Virus record (IMG/VR): IMGVR_UViG_3300028841_000327
Length of the DNA stretch: 64,000 bases
DNA from: a virus
Direction: 5' to 3' (one strand)
Shown here: one piece after another, positions 53,011 to 61,423 of the stretch
How the letters are laid out: every line of letters starts with the position of its first letter
Position numbering within the stretch: position 1 is the stretch's first letter
Position numbers and translations under genes: made by a program
Notes under the pieces: generated by a model
Database searches by the model: none
Told to the model about the DNA's origin: nothing
What the model saw: only the letters and a program-made list of their open reading frames with translations

Positions 53011-53645
53011 GCGTTGACCTTGGCGAGGCGCGAGCGGTCGGTCTGCGCCTGTGCGATCGCGGCCGCGAGCGCGGCGGCCGCCGTCGGACCGGTCGCCGAG
53101 AACGTCCGCCGTCCGGGTGCCTGCGCGGTGGCGAGATGCGCGCCATGGGTCACTGGGGGCGCCAACAGGTTGATGCGGAGGTCGGCGGGGATGAGGTCCT
53201 CGAGCGTCACGGCCCGGGGCCCGTCGGACACCACCTCGACCACCTCGGCAGGCGGCCCGGGTGGAGGCGCGACCCGTGCGGGCCCGCGGCTGCCGGGCTT
53301 CTTGCGAGGGGTGGCGCTCTTGCGTGGCGGTGGAGCGGTGCTCGCGGCGATCGCGAGTTCGGCCTTTTCCCGCGCGGCCTCGCCGACCGCGAACACCTCG
53401 AACACGGGCTTGCCGACGATCGCCACGATGGCAGCCAGCATCTTGAGCGATGGCCGGGCGCCCCCAAGCTCCATCTTGCGCAGCCGCATCACCTTGACCC
53501 CGACCTTGGGCGCCCAGTCGCTGCGCGTGAAACCGAGCTGCTCCCGGATCAGCTTGATCTGGTTGCTGATGTTGGCCGTGGCCCGTGCGGCGCGGATCCG
53601 TGGGTCCACGACCAGCTTGTAGCTGGGGTCGTGCTTCCCGCCCAT
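53007..53645 (-). CDS. XRE/Cro-family HTH transcriptional regulator
   Basis: IKLIREQLGFTRSDWAPKVGV....LRKMELG...PSLKML..I. Confidence 0.75.
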   Translation of the reverse strand: MGGKHDPSYKLVVDPRIRAARATANISNQIKLIREQLGFTRSDWAPKVGVKVMRLRKMELGGARPSLKMLAAIVAIVGKPVFEVFAVGEAAREKAELAIAASTAPPPRKSATPRKKPGSRGPARVAPPPGPPAEVVEVVSDGPRAVTLEDLIPADLRINLLAPPVTHGAHLATAQAPGRRTFSATGPTAAAALAAAIAQAQTDRSRLAKVNA

Positions 53646-53646
53646 C

Positions 53647-53964
53647 TCAGTTCTCGGTCTCCTCGCGGATGCGGGGGGCGTTCGAGATGATGGAGGGGAG
53701 GGCGGGCTTGTCGACGACGATGCTGGCGATCGTCAGGGCGACGCTGGCGTCGATCAGCTGGCAGATTTCGGTGGCCGTGAGCTGCACGAAGATGGCGTGG
53801 GTCAGGCGCCGGTTGCACAGCTCGGCCGCCTGGACGCAGGTCTTGTAGAGGAGACCCGACTCGGAGAGCATGCCCTTGATCGTGGTCGCGGACTGGACCG
53901 CGTCGGCGATCAGGAACTCGATGGGTTTCTTGGCGGGTGCGGGAGGCGGGGGCGGTGATTCCAT
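53647..53964 (-). CDS. Hypothetical protein
   Basis: ORF. Confidence 0.45.
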   Translation of the reverse strand: MESPPPPPAPAKKPIEFLIADAVQSATTIKGMLSESGLLYKTCVQAAELCNRRLTHAIFVQLTATEICQLIDASVALTIASIVVDKPALPSIISNAPRIREETEN

Positions 53965-54036
53965 GCGGCGATGGTACCAGACATGGGCCGAAAGAGCCAC
54001 CGTGACGGACCTGTGCGGACCATGGTAGGCTGACCC

Positions 54037-54564
54037 ATGGCCGCCAGTGACTTGCAGAGCCAGATCCTGGCGCACGTACGCATCCACGGCGGCATCGCGC
54101 ACATCGCGCAGTCCGCAGAGGAGTGGGGGACCAAGGTGGAAACCATCAGGAGCGTGCTCCGGCGCCTGCGAGAGCAGAAGAAGATCCACTACCTCCTCCA
54201 CGAGCACATCCGGATCGTCGATCCTGCGCTCGCCGCCCCCGCTCGGCCGCCCCCTCCCCCACCGCCGACCGTGCCCGCGGTCCCGGAGGCGAAGCGGCGC
54301 AAGAGAGCACCTCCTCCCCCACCGCCCGCCCGAACGATGCCGCCACCCCGCCGCCTCGAGTTCGACTTCGACGACGAGAGCGACGAGCAGGCACAGGAAG
54401 CGGCCGCCGAAGAGGAAGAGGAGACGCCCCGCAAGCTGGTGACCGTCGGGGAACTCTCCGACGAAGAAGAGACGCGCCTGCTGCGCGTCCTCACCGAGTA
54501 CCGAAAGACGGCCGATCGAGAGACGGCCGACCGAGAGAGGGAGACGGAGACGGATGGCACGTAG
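54037..54564 (+). CDS. Winged-helix protein with Pro-rich and acidic tail
   Basis: IAQSAEEWGTKVETIRSVLRRLREQKKI. Confidence 0.5.
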   Translation: MAASDLQSQILAHVRIHGGIAHIAQSAEEWGTKVETIRSVLRRLREQKKIHYLLHEHIRIVDPALAAPARPPPPPPPTVPAVPEAKRRKRAPPPPPPARTMPPPRRLEFDFDDESDEQAQEAAAEEEEETPRKLVTVGELSDEEETRLLRVLTEYRKTADRETADRERETETDGT

Positions 54565-54991
54565 AGTGACGGTCAAGGACTGGTACGCCGAGGCCATCGA
54601 GCGTTTCGGTGCGGACACCGATGCTTGGCAGGTGGTCTGCCCCGTCTGCAAGCATCCACAGACGATCGCGGAGATGAAAGCCGTCGGAATGCCGGAGGCG
54701 AGCTTCGCCTTCTCGTGCATCGGCAGATGGATCCCTGGTTCCAAGGAAGCGTTCGACAAGACGAAGACGGGCCCATGCACCTACGCGGGTGGGGGGCTGT
54801 TCAAGCTCAATCCGGTGACGGTGGTGTTCCCCGACGGCAAGGAGCAGCATGCGTTCGAGTGGGCCGAGCCGCCGACTTCTGCCTGCGCCTGCGGGCACTC
54901 CGTCGAGGAGCACGCGCCGACGGTCGAGTATCCTAGCTCACGAGGCTGCGCCGAGTGCGACTGCATCGCGTTCGAGGTCGAGCATGTCTGA
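54554..54991 (+). CDS. VVA0879-like Cys-rich phage protein
   Basis: WQVVCPVCKH..T.....G......SCIGRW...C.YA.GGLF..NPV.V...DG.....FEWA. Confidence 0.65.
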   Translation: MARRVTVKDWYAEAIERFGADTDAWQVVCPVCKHPQTIAEMKAVGMPEASFAFSCIGRWIPGSKEAFDKTKTGPCTYAGGGLFKLNPVTVVFPDGKEQHAFEWAEPPTSACACGHSVEEHAPTVEYPSSRGCAECDCIAFEVEHV

Positions 54992-55178
54992 CCAGACCCG
55001 CTGTCGCCGCTGCTCCGACTGTCGCGGTGAGGAGCATCACTTCAGCCTCGAGATCGTGGAGTTCGCCGACAACGAGCCCGACCACCCCGCGGCGAAGGCA
55101 GGGCACCAGATGTGGATGGTCTGCAAGCACTGCGAAACCTGGAAGCCGATCACCGACAAGGACCTCGACGATGCCTGA
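54984..55178 (+). CDS. Small Zn-binding protein
   Basis: CSDC..HH...CKHC. Confidence 0.45.
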   Translation: MSDQTRCRRCSDCRGEEHHFSLEIVEFADNEPDHPAAKAGHQMWMVCKHCETWKPITDKDLDDA

Positions 55179-55572
55179 GACGCTCGACGCCGCCCGCCTC
55201 CTCGAACTGTTCGAGGCCATCGAGGCTGCCCCCGACTGGGAGCGCGAGATCGACATGAACTGCGAGGTCGCCGAGGCGATCCTCGAGCCCGACGGTCGCA
55301 TGACGGCCAGGGACACCAAGTGGGAGTTCGTTCTCACGAAAGTGGGGCGCGCGGGTCACGAGGCCGAGGACAGGCGCGCTGAGGCGCTCGCGGCGCTGTT
55401 CACGACGATCGACCGCCAGACGTTGCGCGACATGGTCGTGGCTCTGCGGCAGGTGAGGACCGCGCTCGCCGCGTACAACGGGCGCCTCGCCCAGTCGGCC
55501 ACCGACAGTTCGAGCGCGACGGCGGGGGCGCTGCTCGCGCACGACCTCCGCACGGCGGGGTTCTCGTCGTGA
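55171..55572 (+). CDS. Hypothetical protein
   Basis: Coupled ORF. Confidence 0.5.
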   Translation: MPETLDAARLLELFEAIEAAPDWEREIDMNCEVAEAILEPDGRMTARDTKWEFVLTKVGRAGHEAEDRRAEALAALFTTIDRQTLRDMVVALRQVRTALAAYNGRLAQSATDSSSATAGALLAHDLRTAGFSS

Positions 55573-55980
55573 AATCCCACTTCACCGCCGGCAGCCTCTT
55601 GGCGAGGTTCCGGCGACTTCGCCCACGCCCGGATCCGTGCTGCCGCCGGCATGGTCTGGATGTCCGACCCGTCCGGCTGGTGGTGCATGGACGACTGCCC
55701 GGCCTGCATGCGCAGCCATGGCTCGTCGTGAGGATGCTTGCCCCGCTCGGCCGTGTTAGCTTGAAGCATGTTCAACGACATCGACATCCCCGATCACGTC
55801 AAACAAGCCACTCTGATCACCGTCGGTATTTTTGCAGGAGGCGCTGTGGCCGTTCTGCTCCTCAGCCGCCTCGCCCCGCGTCGCGACCCGTCCGTTTCGT
55901 GGCAGGCAAGCGCTGGTCGGCTCGCCGACAGGTCTCGCTATCCGGTGAAGTACGCGAAACGGCGGTAGGTAGACTAGACG

Positions 55981-56448
55981 ATGACGACCGCGAAGAACCG
56001 TCCCGAGGGCTTCTGCACGCAGTGCAACAAGCGGCCTGTGAAGCCAGGACGAAAGCGTTGCGTCACCTGCCTTGCACACGCGAGTCGCTATCACGCGAAG
56101 CGGGTTGCGGAGGCACTGCAGAGCGGCCTGTGCACCAAGTGCTGCGAACGAAAGGTGCGCAAAGGAAAGAAGCTCTGCGCGGCGTGTGCAGCCAAGACTC
56201 GGGACTACGTGACGAAGCATCGAACCACCAAGGGCACCGCCCTCCTTGCATGCTACATCTCGACGGAGATGGCCCACGCCGTGAAGGCGGCCGCGCAAGC
56301 CAAGGGGCAGAGCGTCAGCGAGTGGCTCCGTGGAGAGATCGAGCGTGCGCTCCGTCAGCCGACTGCGCTCAGTGCCGGTTGTCCTGCGTCAGCCCGAACA
56401 CCCGCGTCCGCAGGAAGGTCTGCTCGGCACGCAGATTCGTCATCGTGA
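55981..56448 (+). CDS. Tandem Zn-finger plus RHH-like regulator
   Basis: G.CTQC..RP.KPGRKRC..C twice; AAQAKGQSVSEWLR. Confidence 0.55.
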   Translation: MTTAKNRPEGFCTQCNKRPVKPGRKRCVTCLAHASRYHAKRVAEALQSGLCTKCCERKVRKGKKLCAACAAKTRDYVTKHRTTKGTALLACYISTEMAHAVKAAAQAKGQSVSEWLRGEIERALRQPTALSAGCPASARTPASAGRSARHADSSS

Positions 56449-56938
56449 CGACGCAGTCGCCATCGTCGGCAACGCCGCGGAGCATGATGCTCTGCGGGCC
56501 GACCCCGAGTCCGATCGGGTCTCCGCCCATCGGCTCCCATGGCTCGAGGACGGACCCGCCGTTGCGGAACGCTTTCTCGACGCGCTCGATGCACGTGGGC
56601 GTGTGCGTGAGGCCGGTGTTGTAGAGGAGGGCCAGCTCGAGGCCTGGGCGGTGCTCGAGTTGTGACCAGTGATCGAGCAGGTCGCGAGCGTGCGCGAGCA
56701 CCATGCGTGTCGAGGACAGCCACGAGATGGCGGGCCGGTAGAGCGTGTGCTGCATGTCGAAGCGCACGAACCCATCGCCGATCACGATCTCACCGTACAC
56801 GCGGTCGTCGATGGACTCGACGACAGGGATCGGGATGCGCGAGCGATGAAGACCGAACGCTTCGGAGAGGCCTTCGGCCAGTTGCTGCGCCGTCGCCTCG
56901 TCGAGGACGATGCGCTCGGTCCAGTGCACAGGGGTCAT
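56369..56938 (-). CDS. Hypothetical protein
   Basis: Coupled ORF. Confidence 0.5.
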   Translation of the reverse strand: MTPVHWTERIVLDEATAQQLAEGLSEAFGLHRSRIPIPVVESIDDRVYGEIVIGDGFVRFDMQHTLYRPAISWLSSTRMVLAHARDLLDHWSQLEHRPGLELALLYNTGLTHTPTCIERVEKAFRNGGSVLEPWEPMGGDPIGLGVGPQSIMLRGVADDGDCVVTMTNLRAEQTFLRTRVFGLTQDNRH

Positions 56939-57240
56939 CCGCCGTCAGGCTTCTTGCCGCTCCGCTGCTGGCTCTGGATGACGTCCATGTGCCGCTTGTA
57001 GATGGTCGCGACGTTGTGCTGCATCTCCTCGAGCGTGAGTCCGAGCTCGAGCGACTTGGCGACGAAGAGGCTGAGGAACGCGGTGTTCGAGGCGACCTCG
57101 AAGTGCCGATCGAACTCCTCTGCCGAGAGAGTCTTCTCCGAACGGCCCTGCTGGATCTTGATGGTCCCGAGCGCGCTCTGGATCGGAGTCAGGATCCGGG
57201 AGGCGCGCATCAGGATCGCTTGCTGTTCTTCGCGGGTCAT
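56935..57240 (-). CDS. Hypothetical protein
   Basis: Coupled ORF. Confidence 0.5.
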   Translation of the reverse strand: MTREEQQAILMRASRILTPIQSALGTIKIQQGRSEKTLSAEEFDRHFEVASNTAFLSLFVAKSLELGLTLEEMQHNVATIYKRHMDVIQSQQRSGKKPDGG

Positions 57241-58202
57241 TGGTCCTCCACCACACCACTCGTGTCTTCGAGAGAGTCGTCGGCGTCCTTCTTCCCGAAC
57301 GCCCGTCCACGGATGGGACATCTCGGCGCCTTGCCATCGACGGGCACGCCGAGGATCCAGCGGAGGAGCTTGACGGTGATGCGCCGCTCCTCGGGCGTCA
57401 GGCCGTCGTTGTGCGGGTCGCCCTCGCCGGTCTTGAGGGAGAGGAAGGCGCGGTTGATGCGGCTCTTGGTGGGGCGACGCGCGATCTCGAGGGGCGGCTT
57501 CTCGGGCTTGCTGCCGAACGCAGCGCTGCCGATGCGCACCTTCACCGGGTCGGGCTCGTTGTTGGAGATCAGCTGCTCAAGCCACTGCTCCTGCTCGACG
57601 GGCGCGTAGTTGGCGAGCTTGTGGGCCTCCGAGAGCTGGAACATGGGCGTGTTCTTGCGCCACAGCTCCCGGAGCGGCTGGATGAGGCTCTCCCAGGCCA
57701 CGGTCGCCTTGGCGATGCGGGTCGCCGAAGCGTTGTTCACGTTCTGCCGGCTAAAGATCAGTTCCACAGCCTTCTCGAGGGAGAGGCCGTGCTGCACGCG
57801 GAGCAGCGACACGCCCTCGGCGAGCTCGAAGTCCTTCGGTGGCAGCTGGCTGTTCTCGGCGAAGTTCTCGACGGCCTCGTCGAAGTCGGTCAGCGCGTTG
57901 CTGAACACGACGAACACGGGGTAGTCGCGGCGGTCCTTGTGGAGGACGTCCATCGCCGTCATGCGGCGATATCCAGCGATCAGCCGGTAGATCGCCCCGT
58001 CCTTGCGGGGCGGGATCCGCCGCACGCTGACCGGCATGTGCTGCCCGTGACTCCCGATCTCGATGGCGAGTTCGAGCGTGCTCGGTGCCGCAGGGTCAAT
58101 CGCGCGGCCTCCACGGGACAGATTCCGACCATGATCGACAAAAATCTGATCGCGTCGAACGACGGCCGTATCACGCGGCAAGGTCTCGGGCTCTGGTGCC
58201 AC
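57237..58202 (-). CDS. ParB/Srx N-terminal domain protein
   Basis: GQHMPVSVR...YRLIAGYRRMTAM...EN. Confidence 0.7.
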   Translation of the reverse strand: MAPEPETLPRDTAVVRRDQIFVDHGRNLSRGGRAIDPAAPSTLELAIEIGSHGQHMPVSVRRIPPRKDGAIYRLIAGYRRMTAMDVLHKDRRDYPVFVVFSNALTDFDEAVENFAENSQLPPKDFELAEGVSLLRVQHGLSLEKAVELIFSRQNVNNASATRIAKATVAWESLIQPLRELWRKNTPMFQLSEAHKLANYAPVEQEQWLEQLISNNEPDPVKVRIGSAAFGSKPEKPPLEIARRPTKSRINRAFLSLKTGEGDPHNDGLTPEERRITVKLLRWILGVPVDGKAPRCPIRGRAFGKKDADDSLEDTSGVVEDQ

Positions 58203-58335
58203 GAAAAAAAGCCTACGGTTCGGAACCGTACATTGTCAACGATTGCCAATGCTTGACAGTGTAGCGGTACCGAATGCACCGTATCGGGAACGCTACCCGC
58301 GAGGGCGGCTGACCGCGAAAGCAGCAGGAAAACAG

Positions 58336-58554
58336 ATGCCCCGTGCCCCCAAGCCCGTCAACGACTACCTGCGTTTTGTGCAGCAACTGGCGCACCTGAG
58401 CCGCGTCATCGACGTCGACGAGAAGCGTCCGGAGGAGTGGAAACGTGCGGCGAAGAAGGACGCGCAGCGCCTCATTCGGCGTCTGACGCAGGAGAATCGC
58501 ACGCGCATCGCGCCAAAGAAGCGTGAGAAGAAGGCTGCGAAGACGACGGAATAG
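58336..58554 (+). CDS. Small basic protein
   Basis: SD GCAGGA; ORF. Confidence 0.5.
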   Translation: MPRAPKPVNDYLRFVQQLAHLSRVIDVDEKRPEEWKRAAKKDAQRLIRRLTQENRTRIAPKKREKKAAKTTE

Positions 58555-58668
58555 CGATTGATTCTGCGCTAGAAAAGCAGAAGTAGCGTCTGAGGCAAGG
58601 TCACTTTTGCCTTTGACCACTCTCGTGCCGCATGATTCTCTCTGATCGTTCACAACGTCGGAGGAGCA

Positions 58669-59181
58669 ATGGCCGAGAGCGTCACCGCAATGAACCAAGC
58701 TGCACGTCACGCCCTCGCCCGGGCGAACGCGGTGCTCGGGTACGTGGAGAACCCGCTGAACGTGGCGGCCGAGGAGGGCGCGACCGTCCTCGTGCTCGCG
58801 GGCCAGGGCTACATGAGTGGCCGCTTGAACAACCCGAAGTTCCTCGGGGCGCCCCTCGAACTGTACGGCGTCCTCGCCCTGTACGTGGGCGCGCTCGCCA
58901 ACATGGTGCTCGAGGGCCCGCCCGTCGCCGACCGCTGCATGGTCAACGGTGGCACCGCGCTCCTCGGCGGCATGGCGTTCAAGTATTTCGCGGGCCTCGG
59001 CCTCAGCCACCGCCCGGCGACGGCTGCACCGGCTTCCGTGCCGGCCGCGAGCAAGGGTTACGGAGTGGGTCTGGCGACCCCCCGTCACGATGTGATCGGT
59101 GGCGCAGTCCCCCGTCACAACATCACGGGGGGCGGCGCGCTCTCGGCCACCGAGGCCGCGCGTCTGGCTGCCCAGCGGTAG
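58669..59181 (+). CDS. Probable virion membrane protein
   Basis: SD GGAGGAG; hydrophobic segments; first gene of the putative structural operon. Confidence 0.55.
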   Translation: MAESVTAMNQAARHALARANAVLGYVENPLNVAAEEGATVLVLAGQGYMSGRLNNPKFLGAPLELYGVLALYVGALANMVLEGPPVADRCMVNGGTALLGGMAFKYFAGLGLSHRPATAAPASVPAASKGYGVGLATPRHDVIGGAVPRHNITGGGALSATEAARLAAQR

Positions 59182-59280
59182 TACGTCCGACCCTCCGTCT
59201 GAGCCACGGAGAGTTTTCTCACCAGCGCGCAACAGTCACGAAACCAAGCACACAGACAACACCCTGAAGGAGTTTCGAGC

Positions 59281-59850
59281 ATGAGCTACCACGACATCGT
59301 CGGAGCCGACCTCGCGCTGGGCTACCGCCACCACGCCCGCGGCCTCGCCATCGGCGCGGACGACGCGGAGCTGGCCAACGCGCTGGCGACCATCCAGGCC
59401 CGCGCCCCCTCGCTGGCCCAGGCCCTCGCCCCCCAGTCCGCCCAGACCGCGATGGTCCGCGAGCTGGCCGCCCGCAACGCCAGCGTCGTCGTGGCCCGTG
59501 AGCCCCTCGACAGCCGGACCCTCACCCTGCCGTTCCCCGAGACCGTGATCCCGGCGAACAGCGCGGCGACCATCCAGGTCCTCCCGCAGACCCTGTTCCG
59601 CTGCGAGCGGTTCGTGATCCAGTCGGACATCGCGGGCTCGCTCGTGGTCGACGACATCCGCATCGGCACGCAGAGCCAGTTCTCGGCGTCCGGTCCGGTC
59701 CCGGCCCGCTGCTTCAGCGAGGTCGCGGTCGGCGTCGGTACCCTGTACGACACCGCCGAGCCCGGCATCACGATCAGCCTCTCGCTCCGCAACATCAGCG
59801 GCAACCCGGTGACCTTCCGGGCCGCGATGTTCGGCCGCGCGGTCCGCTGA
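59281..59850 (+). CDS. Candidate major capsid protein (single jelly-roll-like)
   Basis: SD AAGGAG; Ala-rich N-arm plus ~110-aa beta-rich domain; followed by a terminator; structure is inference. Confidence 0.55.
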   Translation: MSYHDIVGADLALGYRHHARGLAIGADDAELANALATIQARAPSLAQALAPQSAQTAMVRELAARNASVVVAREPLDSRTLTLPFPETVIPANSAATIQVLPQTLFRCERFVIQSDIAGSLVVDDIRIGTQSQFSASGPVPARCFSEVAVGVGTLYDTAEPGITISLSLRNISGNPVTFRAAMFGRAVR

Positions 59851-59897
59851 ACCACCCCCGCAAGGGACGCCCCCCGCCGGGCTTCGGTCCGGCGGTC

Positions 59898-59946
59898 AAG
59901 CCCCTCGCCTCGCTCCCCCAAGGGCGGTGCGAGGGGCTTTGCTTTT
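59898..59946 (+). terminator. Intrinsic terminator
   Basis: AAGCCCCTCGC...GCGAGGGGCTT followed by TGCTTTT. Confidence 0.7.
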
Positions 59947-59961
59947 CCTCGGGAGACTTGA

Positions 59962-60414
59962 ATGGCCGCCGACAGCATCGGGTATCGGGTCACACACGTC
60001 CTTGGCGTCTTCTCGGGTGACCGGGACGCTCCGCATCGTCGGACGCTCCGCGAGCGCACGCTGTTGCGCCACCTCTGGTGCATGGTCGAGGACAACCTCG
60101 ACATCCTAGAGCACGCGGACCCGGGCGAGATCCAGCACCCGTACAAGTGCGGCACCTGGTACCAAGCCGAGCCCGATGGCCAGGAAGACTGGCTCGACAT
60201 CCTCTGCGTCAACGACGAGGCCCGGAAGGGTCGTGGTGCGGACTGCGAAGACCTCGCGGCGTACCTTGCCGCTTGGTACATCTTCCACGGCATCGCGGCG
60301 TATCCTGTCTTCGTGTGGCGCTACCTGCCCGACGGCGGAACGCTTTACCACATCGTGGTCCAGCTCCCTGATGGGTCCATCGAAGACCCCAGCAAGCGTC
60401 TCGGCATGGGCTGA
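59962..60414 (+). CDS. Transglutaminase-like cysteine protease
   Basis: GADCEDLAA...YHIVV..PDG.IEDPS (Cys-His-Asp triad). Confidence 0.75.
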   Translation: MAADSIGYRVTHVLGVFSGDRDAPHRRTLRERTLLRHLWCMVEDNLDILEHADPGEIQHPYKCGTWYQAEPDGQEDWLDILCVNDEARKGRGADCEDLAAYLAAWYIFHGIAAYPVFVWRYLPDGGTLYHIVVQLPDGSIEDPSKRLGMG

Positions 60415-60444
60415 GCGCTCCCCCCACCGAAGGATTCCCGTCCC

Positions 60445-61422
60445 ATGTACGAAGACAAGCACTCGACCTTGAAGACCGCAGCGGTGGTGACCGGCCTTGG
60501 CGCGGTCGGTGTGGCGCTGGGCGTCTACCTCTACCGCCGCAAGCACCCCGTGAGCCCCGGCTACTCGACGCTCCCGCTGCTCGCGGACCTCGACGGCGCC
60601 CCGCGTGGGCACTTCCAGGTCGCGCCCGATGGCGCGGTGGAGTTCCGGTCGAAGGACGGCCTCGGCGTGCTCGACTGGCTCACGAGCCAGCTCATCATGC
60701 CGAGCGGCAGCGACGCCACGATCTTCAAGATCATGCCGACCCCCGACGGCCGCCCGATCCCCCCCGGAGCCTCGGCGAAGGACTTCGCGGTCTCGGCGGC
60801 GCTCGCGGGCTTCAACGTGCTCGCGCGCCCGTCGATCATGACGGCGGACGGCAAGGAGAAGGACCTAAAGTTCACCAAGGACACGCTCGCGGCCAAGCAG
60901 GGCGGCGGGTGGGCGATCATGGTGCGCGCGGACCCCAAGGGCGTCGGAACGATGCCGTCGCTGCCGGCGATGCCGGGCTTCACGCAGCCGGGCCTCGCCC
61001 TGCCGTCGACGGCGCAGCAGGTCCTCAAGCCGAACGCGGACCCCTACTCGGGGATGCCGCAGGACCTGGCCCAGAAGGTCCAGGCGGTGCTCGCCAAGCC
61101 CGACGCGAACCCGACCGACATCGAGGCGGTCGCGAAGGATCTCGAGGCGAACTACCCCGCGGCCGCGGTGCTCCTGAACAAGAAGGCGGCGGACCTCAAG
61201 GGCAACAAGGCGCTCGAGTCGGTGACGAGTGGCGCCGCGCTGCTCGTGCCACGCGACCAGAAGGAGGCCAAGAAGCTCGCGATGTCGTTCGCGGGGCCCG
61301 ACGGCCAGTACGCGGCGCTGCGCAAGGCCAACCCGCAGATCGCCCTCACGCCCCAGGGGCTCCGCCCGTGGGTTCCGGGCCAAGTCGTTCGTCTGCCGTT
61401 GAGCGCCATGAGGGGAGCCTGA
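60445..61422 (+). CDS. Membrane-anchored protein with C-terminal LysM-like domain
   Basis: N-terminal TM; YAALRKANP.......W.PGQVVRLP. Confidence 0.6.
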   Translation: MYEDKHSTLKTAAVVTGLGAVGVALGVYLYRRKHPVSPGYSTLPLLADLDGAPRGHFQVAPDGAVEFRSKDGLGVLDWLTSQLIMPSGSDATIFKIMPTPDGRPIPPGASAKDFAVSAALAGFNVLARPSIMTADGKEKDLKFTKDTLAAKQGGGWAIMVRADPKGVGTMPSLPAMPGFTQPGLALPSTAQQVLKPNADPYSGMPQDLAQKVQAVLAKPDANPTDIEAVAKDLEANYPAAAVLLNKKAADLKGNKALESVTSGAALLVPRDQKEAKKLAMSFAGPDGQYAALRKANPQIALTPQGLRPWVPGQVVRLPLSAMRGA

Positions 61423-61423
61423 G

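Noticed and set aside
51262-53622. 786-aa plus-strand ORF next to the array as a possible Cas effector
   Set aside because: Arg/Pro-rich shadow of several real minus-strand genes; no RuvC, HNH or HEPN motifs.
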